Assembly (NCBI GenBank): GCA_964036045.1
Contig: OZ038379.1
Location: 17,546,001 to 17,610,000, forward strand
DNA: 64,000 nucleotides
Direction of reading: 5' to 3'
From: Eutreptiella sp. 'Long Island Sound 2002'
Lineage: Eukaryota; Protista; Euglenida
The first letter of the stretch is position 1, and each line of letters starts with the position of its first letter. The translations under genes and the position numbers were made by a program. Positions 1 to 10,900 of this stretch are shown one piece after another. The notes beneath the pieces are model-generated. The model worked only from the letters and a program-made list of their open reading frames with translations, was not told the origin of the DNA and searched no databases.

Positions 1-14
1 CCGGGTGGTTTTAT

Positions 15-762
15 GCCTACTTCTAAGGAAATAAAACCACCCCTTTGGGGGGATACAACCACCCCCCTTGTTAAAACCACCACGGTGGCTTTATGCCCCC
101 AAAGCAACAAATGACACAACACAGCAAACAAAGCAGTCTAAGCAATGCTGCCACAAAAGCAAGGCATGTCGAACTGGATGAATAGTAAACCTAAACCATG
201 TCTGAAATCCCATCTCAGACCCTATTTGTAAAATTGTCCCCAGCCAGGTCACACATCCTATAACACACAACAAAGAGCAATATGAAGCAAAACGCTGAGT
301 GTAAAACCATATGTCGTTCCCTTACCCTCCATCACCTCTCCTACCTCCATACCCGAAATGGAAATGGGGCAAGCCCCCGCCCCCATCCCCAAGGGTGTTC
401 TCCTTACAGCACAACATATAGACCTAAGGCAACCTGTCTTTCAGTACTGTGGTTCTAGGTTAACATAGAGATGGGCCATACCCCTAAAAGGGTGACAACC
501 CCCCCCCCCCCCCCCCGCCCAATAGATGGATAAAATCACCGAAAAGGGGGGATAAAACCACCCCAAAGGGGTGATACCCCTCCCAAAAAATGACCAAATG
601 GGGGGGGGGGGGATACACCCACCCCCATTGGGGGGGAAAAACCACCCCTAGGTGGCACAAAACCACCCCATGAGTCAAAAATGGCCAAAAAGGGGGGTTG
701 GGGGTGGTTGTATCCCCCATTTGGGGGTGGTTTTATACCCACGACCACCAGTAGAAGTGGGC
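15..762. mobile_element. MITE-like segment bounded by imperfect inverted repeats
   Basis: 31-66 (ataaaaccacccc..gggggatacaaccaccccc) matches the reverse complement of 700-736, and 15-25 matches the reverse complement of 752-762. No TSD could be assessed. Confidence 0.5.
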
Positions 763-934
763 CCAAGGCCCCCAAAGGGGGGGGGGGGGGAGGCTAGCCG
801 CCGAGGAGGGCTTCTCTGGGGAAATGGCTAGTCGCTAAGGAGGGGGGGGGGGGGCGGGTGAGAGGGTTAGCACAGACGCGGTGGCCTACAGGGTTACTCT
901 ACAACAACAAAGGGCCGTACCCCTCACCAGTGTG

Positions 935-2003
935 GGGTTAGGGTTAGGGTTAGGGTTAACCCTAATCACCGAGCTGGTGGAACCAGTCTTGGTTTTACAA
1001 CCCTCTTTGGGGTCTAGGGTGGACCTACCAGGTTTAGCAAGCAAGCAGCAAGCAAGCAGCACGCGCGAAATGGGTAAAGATCAGAATTCCGCCTTGGTGC
1101 TTTGGATTCGAGTGAAATTTTGGTGGATGATACCTATGGGTGTGAAGTACAATCACAAAAACTTTGAGCAAGAAACTCAACGGTGGCGGCCGGCAACGGG
1201 ATTCGCAGGTGGCGGACCTCAGTTTCAAAAACTGCAGTTTAAGGCCAAAAACAACCATTTTTGGGCCAAAAAAGCCCCGGAACACATTCAAAACGGCCAA
1301 ACGAAGGGAAACGGTGGGTGCACTTCACGTGCGGCTTGACTTCCCGGTGTCAACGAGCTCTTTGTGGCCCTCTAACTCAATGATATGTCCCGGAAACGGC
1401 CCAAAAAGGCCCCCAGAAGCTCCAAATGCCGACAGCCACAAACCAAGAATAGGCCATATCTTTGGCTACATGGCTCAAAATGCGATTCTGAGGGCACCTA
1501 CTCCACCTGCAACCCCCCACTTTTTGTGGTTTCCACCCCTCAGAATTGCCCAAACGGACGCCTAGACCCCAATACCTAGGCCCACTAGGCTGCGGCAAGC
1601 TGCAAGCTCAAGCCCAAACAGGTGGGTGCCCAAATGGGTCAACAGGGTCCAATAGGGGCAAAAAGATGACTTTTCTCAAAAATGATCCTACACCATGTGC
1701 GACGCTAAAACAAGTGTTTTTGGACCGTTTTGAGCTTGTGGTGGCCCATTTTGGTCCTCTGAAAATCCCAAAATGCCTTGAAAATGGGCTGTTTTGGGAC
1801 CAAAAATGGGTCAAAAACGCATTTTTCCAAACTTCATCCTAGACCATTTGGGGTGCATCAACGGGTGAAATGAGCCCATTTTGAGCCCATTTTGGGGCAT
1901 TTTGGCCCCTCAGAAGTCCAAAAAGACCACCCTAGACACTAAAGAGGGTTATAAAACCAAGACTGGTTCCACCAGCTCGGTGACAATAACCCTAACCCTA
2001 ACC
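935..2003. mobile_element. Non-autonomous TIR element capped by telomeric repeats
   Basis: 57-bp inverted repeats at 966-1022 and 1927-1983 (3 mismatches), with (GGGTTA)4 outside on the left and (TAACCC)n outside on the right. Confidence 0.7.
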
Positions 2004-5000
2004 TGGGCAAGGGGGGGTGCCTCCCATCCACGCTCAAGCGCCTGGGCAGGCAGGGGTGCCACGTGGGCAAGGGGAATGAAAAGAATTTTTCGGGTACCTT
2101 CGGCGCCACATATTTATGGCCGGTAGCTGTTGACCCTTGGCAACTAAGTGGGTCTGGAGGGCAAGGAGGGGGGGGGGGGGAGGGGGGTGTCGCTTACCAG
2201 AACTGAGGAGACGCCCCCCCCCCCCGTGACCATCCAATGTCCAGACAGTGCCGCCAGGCGCCAACATGATTTTGTTCAAAAGGAACCCACAGGCGCCAAC
2301 ACAGCTTTGCTCAATGACAGGCGCCAACCACCCTCCCTGGATCGATCGGGGCGTGCTTTGAAGCATCTCAAAACTCTCGTCTTGAATAGCCCTCCCCTGC
2401 CCGCTCACTGCCCCCGTGTCCAAGAGACGTCCTTGTCCAAGGGTTACTCGGATGGGGACAGTGAGTCACCGGGCAGCAGCGAGGGGAGAGGGTTATAGCA
2501 CTGAGGTCAGCGAAACCCGCTTATGGCGCCGGATCCCACAGGTGTCATGGGACTCCTCCGGGTTCTGCACCGATGTCAGTGACACGTGCAAGTGAAATTG
2601 TGGGAGGCACCACTTGTATGCCGGCATGCATTCCAGGTGGGGGGTCACACCTATCCACCAGTGCGGCGGCATTCTGGAGGGGAAGCCATCTCTACAACCA
2701 GCATCAATCTCCCCGTGCACCTTGGCAGAGTGGCAAACCAGGGTACTGGTAGATTGAGGTGTTGCTGCACCTGTTGGGCGACGTCACTTCGCACTCTTGT
2801 GCAGTTGTGCTCTTTGAGGACAGCCCGACTGGTGCATTGAGGGGGAGTCTATAAGAAGTCGAGTAAGCCGAGGGGCTGATGTATGAACTTGAACAGAAGC
2901 GGCATACGACGCTGGGGTTCTGGCAACAGCAAGCGAATCAGCCTATGCCTTGGAAAAACGCATCTCATGTGCACATGTAAGAACAGCGAATGGCAAATAT
3001 AGTCTGTTGGGTACAGAGCAAAATACAGCATGCACGAGACTAATAAAAAAAGTCTTAAATGCAAACTTAACTTATTCACCAAGGTGTTTAATTCCTGCAC
3101 AAGCGGTCACACACGGCATCTCCATGCATCACTAAACTTGGTGCTGAAAGAAAATTGGACCCAAATTAACAATGACCAGACATCTATTGTACCTTGCACA
3201 AGAGCGTATCTTGGACAAGAAGGCAGGGCGCTGGTTGGCTATTTCACCATATCATGAACGTGGGCATGAACCAGACAGATGGGCGACCCCCTATGCCCCA
3301 CAACCCCCGGTCCAACAACCAGGTTCGTGCTGCACCAGTGTCTGGGAGGACGCCACCACTCATTAGCCAACGTGATCCCACAGCATGCTGATCATTCTTC
3401 GCGGGATATGATGGGGTGAAACTGTTCCCAAAAGACTGCGCTGCTATCTAGGGTGAATATTTTCACCCGGGACTGTGACAGGTATCCTGTACTGTGTTTT
3501 CTGAATTATGTGGTGCGTTGGAAAATCACCATAATTCAGCCTGGCCACTTTTATCTTGGTTGATCCAGGAAATTGTCGTCAGAGGAGAATTTCATTGCCA
3601 GGCAGGTGGCGTATGTTCCTCCTGGATACATTTTAAGCCACTGCACAACAAACACATGTACAGCATGAATGAATGAAGAACGAATGGCTGTTCAATTGTA
3701 CATCTGCTAAGGGCGCTCTTGAGTGAGAAAACAAAAGGGAGCAATGTGCTTTGAGGAGATGGATGTAAAGTAATATTATGTAACTGAATTCCCTTGTGTA
3801 CTTGGTGCACGAGTCTACAGCAATCTCGTCAGTGTCTTAGCCTCTCTGCTCTGGCCTAGAGCGGCCCACACCACTACATGTGTACAGAATGTGGCTACGC
3901 GGTCGTAAACATGTATGTGTTCTCACCACTCACAAACACAGCTTCATTTATTCTGTGATGCTTGTGCGACGACAAATGCTTCGTGTATCGCATTGCGAAG
4001 GGGATCAAGTATGGGTCAGTGAGAAGTCACGGGTGTCTGAGATGGGATGCGGTGGAGGCACACCAGCAAGGCCAGTGGGCAGCGCCCCCCCACACACCAT
4101 CCCTTCCCTCACCTTGGTTAGCACCTCTCTGGACGCGAGGTCTGGTCACTGCCTCCGTGGCTCGTCCATGTAGCAGGGCTACCAATTCATTATAGCCCCC
4201 CCCGTGTCTAAGAACCAGCAATGTTTTGTCACGGAACCAGGGGGTGGTTCTTGCGCATGGCCATGGCCCCACTCCGGAGAATTGGGTATGACAGGAATGA
4301 GACGGGAGAGATTGGCAATTGAAGCAGCTGGGTGTTTCATCAGACGCTCATTGTGTTTGTACTCAATCTGCACTGTGTCCAACTGAGCACCAGGACCCAA
4401 CACAGTGGCCGGAACAAGAGTGTCATCAGATCGCCGGTAGAAGACAACCTCATCGGCAGTGTACATGAGAATGGTGCATAAAAAACAAACATCTATGGTG
4501 CATAACAAGGAATGGAATAGATGGCACAAAAAAAAAGCAAATGTGTCCTTGCAGATACCTCAAATTCGCTCCCATGTGCCTCAATTTGCGTTCCAAACGT
4601 ATGTATTGCCATGCAACACACATGAAATGTTGTCCTGCATACCTGAATACCTGCCCTGCATCCACCACACCCATGAAAAACCCAATTCTATGGGGAACAA
4701 AAGTAGTGTGGGAAAGGTGCCGCGGAACCACGGGGTGGTTCTTGCACAAGGCCGTTCCTAGACACAGGGGGGTACTTGGTGGCATTGGTTGATGTGTGTT
4801 TGTGTGGGTTCCTTATCCACGCCCACGGTGCGTGACAACCACCAAAGTCCCCAGACAACGTAGGGCGCGGTCTACATTCACTTCAGCTTCTGCAGCCTGG
4901 CACAGGGGAACCCTGATGCCTGAGCTCCGTAATGCGCTTTCCTTCTGTTCATCATTCCCCAAATCACAAACATCGCTAATTTTGCCTGGAGGAACAGAGG

Positions 5001-6756
5001 CACCACAGATTTGTTGTATGTGCTATGTCAGGGGGGCGTCTCCAGTGGCGAAGGGAAAATGTTGCACTGCTATTCCTGGGCCCTCAAAGGGGCCCCACAA
5101 GCTCTTGTGCGCTGTGCATTTTCACACTGGCACACAGCCTCTGGAGGGTCTGTCCTGACATGGGAGGGGTAGGCCCCTGGAGTTAACTGTACGCGTACGG
5201 CTGCGTAGGGCTGGGCCCTTTTTCAGTGCACGACCATACTTGTGTACTGCTGTGTACCACTAGAGGTGGCTACCGTGTACAGCTATGCACGGCTGGGGTC
5301 GATGCTTGTATACGGCTGTAACCACAGGTCTGAGGAGCGGTTTGGCTAGGCCAGCGCTGAGCTGGGGAAGCTCTGGGTTTTCGGTTTCCGGTGGGCCAGC
5401 CGGAGGTTTTCTGTCCAGCAGTTTGTTCTATGCCCCCGCCCCCCCCTCGGCCCCCTGGAACTCTGCAGTGGCGTACCGCAGGGCAGCGTGTGATTTACAA
5501 AAGCCGTGGGTGCACCAAACTGCACTGAAATTCAGTCATAGCTTGTTGCTCGAAGACTCCCAGCCATCCGGCTGGGGCCTCCCGGAAATTCAGTCTTGGC
5601 TTACGAGGCCTTGGAACAGGACAACACCATGAGTCGGAGTGTGGCGTTTGACCTGAGCCCACTGTCTCTGCAGCGCACAAGGGTCTCACAGCCCATGACA
5701 GCACAGATCTGTGCTGTTGCGGGTTGTGAAAGTATCCAATGTATGCATCCGCAGACAGACCGGGCGGGGAGACGTCTGACGGGACGCAGGGGCGGTGTTG
5801 CCACATTCGTCCATCTTCCAGCCACGCCTCGCAGAAAACAGTCAAGCATTCACCGTATTCACCGCAATACGGGTCCGCGGCTGCAGGTTGAGTGCATGAA
5901 GTCCGGCCGCACGCGGGGGAGGGGGCGGGGGGGGGGGCTGAGCCCTTCCCACTCAACTGCCCAAAACGGACCGTTGGTGGTGCAGTGAAGGGCCAACAGC
6001 AAACGCTACCAATGTGCTGCTGTGGATTCCAAAGTCGCGGACTTATCGATGGCAATCGAGAACTTGGACCGCACCGCGCAGGCCATCCCTCGATGACATT
6101 GACTGTGCGCGCGACGTGCCGCCGGTCCCGACTCCTGCGCCCATACAGATCACGGCCACAGCACAGGGCAGCAACAGTCGAAGGCTTCGATGTGCTTTTA
6201 CTCGGACCGTCGCAATTCCGTGCCGTTGTGCAGTCCTGCTGCAGTTGCGGTGCATTCTCATGGGGGCTTCTTCGTTAGCAGGTGCACTTCGGTCCACCAT
6301 TTGCCAAACTCAAGACTTCGTGCTCCATCGCCCTGCAATCTTCAGAGCACCCAGGCAATCCGCTGGCCTTCCCTCGTCTTTGCTCTGCGTCTTGGCCCAT
6401 CGTTTGGATCAGGCAAATCAAATGTCAAATTAGCAGCCCCTCGCCCCCCCCCCCCCCGCATTTGTGAGGCTGTCGTTTCATCAGGGAACAAGGAACGGGG
6501 GGCAACGGGCCAGGAGTGCACAACCACGTGTGATGTGCAGGCACACCATCGCCCCAGACCACCAGACCAGCAGTGGCATGCACGCCCCCCCCCCCCGGCC
6601 CCCCAAAAGATAATGCCTCAAGCTGCATCGTAGCCGATTGCACACGATGGGGACGGAGCCTCCAGCTGACGTCCCCTGCAGTGTGCTGGTGCTCCCTCAG
6701 CCTGTTCACTGCAATGTGCCAGTGCCCCCTAGAAACACCCTTACCCTCTCACGCAT

Positions 6757-6993
<237 letters not shown>

Positions 6994-7027
6994 CATGGAA
7001 ACCGCAAGAACCGTGGCAATGAGTGCC

Positions 7028-7945
7028 TTACAAACGGGGCTTGACCATCTTCGCCAGATCCTGAACGGCGCCCTGCGGCGACTTGGAGCTCTGGGGGGAC
7101 AGCGGAGTCGAAGAACCCCCGTCCGTTGGCGGGGTGGCCGGGAGGCTCAGAGGAGGGGGCGTCCTCCGTCCCTCCGGGGCAGGCCCCAGCCCAGGGCTAA
7201 GGGGGGGCTTGCCACTCCAGGGCGACTGCACCTCCTTTCCACTGGCCGTCCCGTGTCGGGGCGACTTCACAGTGAAGGACAGGGACAGCTCCGCGGAGAG
7301 CGGCGACAGGTGCGCGAGGGGGCGCCGGCGCCCGGCGGGCGCGACGGGGGTCAGCAGGCGGTGGCCCGCGGGGCTGCCCGGGGACAGCGGGCCCAAGTTG
7401 TCGCCGGACTCCGGACTCGGGACCCACCAGGGGGTCCCGCCGGTGGAGAAGTCGTAGCTGCCGCTGCGGACCATCGCGATGTCGTTCAGGTCCAGGGCCT
7501 TCAGGTCCAGCGCCGAGACCACCTCCCGCGGGGACGGCAGCATCGGGGCGTCGCCGTCCAAAAGCGTGGGGACCATGCGCACCCTCGCGATCTGGCGCTG
7601 GCCCTGGTCCTCGTACGTGTGCAGGTCGTCCACCGCCAGCTCCGTGAGGTTGGCGCACGTGGACAGGAACGGGTGCACCCACTTGCGCGGGACCTCCACG
7701 ATGACCACCCCCGTGTCCGGGTCGCAGTCGGGGAAGCTGAGCTCCGGGAGCAGCCCCCCGGTCAGCGACGTCCTCCGCCGCTGGATCGAGCCGAGGGAGG
7801 CGGCGGCGGTGGGCGGCCCCTGGGCGGTCGCGGCCGTCAGCTCCACCATCGAAATGTTGTCGATGTCCGAATAGAACTGGCCGATGTCGGAGGTGCCGTA
7901 CAGCGTCGACGTGATCTCGAAGGTGGTGTTCGGGCGGAACAGCAC
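7028..7945 (-). CDS. Exon 25 (terminal): end of the ART domain (VLFRPNTTFEI), unknown domain and Pro/Ser-rich tail
   Basis: ttttcag acceptor after a poly-C tract. Completes EAEVLF.P...F.I and ends at TAA. Confidence 0.9.
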   Translation of the reverse strand: MLFRPNTTFEITSTLYGTSDIGQFYSDIDNISMVELTAATAQGPPTAAASLGSIQRRRTSLTGGLLPELSFPDCDPDTGVVIVEVPRKWVHPFLSTCANLTELAVDDLHTYEDQGQRQIARVRMVPTLLDGDAPMLPSPREVVSALDLKALDLNDIAMVRSGSYDFSTGGTPWWVPSPESGDNLGPLSPGSPAGHRLLTPVAPAGRRRPLAHLSPLSAELSLSFTVKSPRHGTASGKEVQSPWSGKPPLSPGLGPAPEGRRTPPPLSLPATPPTDGGSSTPLSPQSSKSPQGAVQDLAKMVKPRL

Positions 7946-10900
7946 CTGAAAAGACGAGGGTTTGGCGGGGGGGGGGGGGGGGGCGAGGGGAAGTCGGATC
8001 ACCGCACTTTACTTGGACATGCAAAGGAGGGGACTCAAGGGGCGAGGGGGTGAGGGAGGGGGAGGGACCTCCAGAAAGGCGAGTTGGGTACGATGCAAAT
8101 GTCCGCCCACATCTGTCCAATTGTACTTGTGGGGGCGGGAGGGGGGGTACCATAAAGGCTGCTGCATTGCCTTGCAGTATGTCGGGTGTCCCGTGCAAAG
8201 TCTTCTGTGTCTTTTGCTTGTTCGGGGGCTTTGTGGGTGATGGTGGACCGTCTGGCGCACTGCTCATAATTGCCGCACGCTGCCCCCCCCCCCCCCCCCA
8301 CGGCGTCCACCCCTAACCAGGGCTGACAGGTTTCACATGCAGTCATTCCCAGCCCGTGATGTTGGGAAGGGGCTCTCCACCACCGATGTGGGCGGGGGCG
8401 GGGGGCGGAAGATCCACACGGGTACAAGGGGCAGCCAGGCACAACCACATGCGCAATCAAATCAGGGGAGACACGTGCGGCTGGCAGACAGACGGTGTGC
8501 ATGAGAGGACTGACTTCGTTTAACAGATCCGGGTCTCGTTGCGCCGAGCAGGCCCCATCAGCCCCCACCCATCTCCACTACACCCCCAACGCTTTGCTGG
8601 GCCCAGCCCTGAACTAAAAGGGGGGTGGGATACCTGTCAAAACCGGCGAATCACCCCACCCAACCCCACCCCAGAAGATGGTAAGAAGAAGATAAATGGA
8701 GGAACAAGAGCAGCATGAGCAACAGGACTCCAGCCCCCCCCCCTCCAAACACATGACTGGCAACTTGGACCTGAGAAAGATCAAAAGAAACCAAAGAACT
8801 TTCCTTGATCACTAAACTGCCATTGTCCATACTCAAGAGGGGAGTGGATCGTGAACACATGTGGGGTACGTTTCTCCCTCTGAATATTGCACATAAGAGC
8901 CAGCCCTGACCACTATGATCCACAAGAGTGCACGTGACCTCCCCGCTCCCAACACACAAAACCACCTCCGAGCAAAAGCACATCACAAAAAAGACAAAGC
9001 CCTGGACACCAGTCGTACTGCAAGGTGCCTGACAACCCCCTGCCCTATGGAACACCCCCCTGCCTTGGCATCCCAGGGGGCCCCCAGGGTGCTAACAGCC
9101 GTCCCCCAGAGATATGATCGGCCCAGGCTCATGGAGCACGCATCCCCTCGACTCAGCTCTACGAAACATTCCTTCGTCTGAAAAACTTCGCCGACAACGC
9201 GCCACTCCGTGTATTGCAGCAGATGTCCATATGACAAAGGGGACAAAAAAAGTCCAGACCAAGACCAATTGCCCAGACCAAAAATTCGGGAAAGGGAATG
9301 ACGAAAATAATAGCATATCGCAAATAACAAATACAAATAACATATAATAAAAAGAATAACAAATGGCAAAGAATAAACCGATGGATCGAAACAAAAATGT
9401 TAGTGGACAGTCGGTTGCTCGGGTCGGCGGATTCTTCCAGGCTGCGGTTTGCAGCGGAGATTAAATGGACCACCAGGGAATTCATGCCTTCACCCTCAGC
9501 TAGACGCATGGCGGCGGATCCATTGGCATGGTCCGTTGTCAATGTTTGGTGGTTGACCGATGGTTGATGGCTGTCCCCCCCCTGATCTACCCTCTCAAAT
9601 ACCTCAGCCTCGTCCGGGAACTTGGAAAAGCGGCCGATGGCCTTGCCTCCGGTGCACTGGATAAAGAACAGCGAGCCCTCGTCCCCCTTCACAAACTCTT
9701 TCGCCACGGTCTGCTCCGCGGAGGCGCTGGAAAAGGCAGGCCAGCAGACCGTCTGCCCCGTTCGGTACTCCCTCTCGCTGAAGCGGACGTTGATCCCGCG
9801 GTAGAGCTTGCCCTTGTGCGGCGGCAGCACCTGCAACGCCCGGTCCACCTGCAAAGAAGGAAGCCAGAGAGCACAGACTCAGGCACACCCCATCTCCGCC
9901 CCCCCCATCTCTACACACACCCTCTCTACGCACCTCAGCACCACACCCCTCCCACCCACACCCATACCCCACAGACACCTCGGCACAGTGCCCCACCTCG
10001 CCCACATCCTCACATATCCCATTCTCCCTGATCTCATCCCCACAGAGTTCCCAAGGCCCAGCGCTTTCATTTGGTCGCTTGGCAGTTGGAGGGTAACCGC
10101 CGGCGGTTGAAAGCCCTATTCTTGAACACCACTCGCTGACACGCTACAAACGACTGCGTGTGTTGCCAACCATCGGTGTCAGGCCCCGTGTTCGAACCCA
10201 CGACCTCTGGGCAGGCTTTCGGGCAGTGTTCAAGGCCTTTGGCATTTCTCCCGGCAGAATATTTGTGCCCTCCCTAAGGCTCCCTAGGAGCCTGGGGTCT
10301 TGGCTGTAGGGGCAGGGCACTAGAAGCATTCAATCAGCCGGAGTCTACCGACGGCTGGTTGGTTGAGCAGAGCAGGCGTTGGGGGTGTTCCCGCAAAGCA
10401 CCCATTTTCAGGGTGACTTTACGGGAACCAACCTCTCGTAGAGCACTCACCCCAAACCCCCGCATGCACAGGCCCAACGCTGCTCATAAACGTCACGAAG
10501 TAGCACACCATCGCTGTGCACACTGTCTTTGAGCATAGCCCTTGGGAACACAGCCCTTGGGCTGATGACGTTGTCAAGCCCAAGGGCCGCCGGAGGTCCT
10601 TAGCCCACGAATCCCATCTTTGGCTACATCCCGTGCAACGTTAGGCCAGGACATCACCATGTACACCCACACACCAGACGACACACTGGTCATGGGGACG
10701 CCGGTCAGCAGTCAAGCAGCCAACGGCCACGTATCTACAGTAAGTTTACCTCCACTGAAAAGCATCACAGACAGACTCCAAGCGGATCGCATCAGTGCCC
10801 ACCGGAATGCGAGATGCAAAATTGGGGTGAGTGGACGTGGAGGGCATGAAGCAAAATGGCACGGTGATTGATGCACCAAAATGCACTTGTGGTGGCAAAG

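Noticed and set aside
881-1842. ORFs 881-1339, 1164-1565 and 1546-1842
   Set aside because: They lie inside the TIR element, overlap in several frames and show no recognisable motif.
935-2003. True telomere or chromosome end
   Set aside because: Only a few units, internal, and oriented opposite to terminal telomeres.
9159-9854. Bacterial polymorphic toxin or prophage ART toxin
   Set aside because: The domain is split by spliceosomal GT-AG introns and fused in frame to eukaryotic exons. No operon, immunity gene or prokaryotic gene density.
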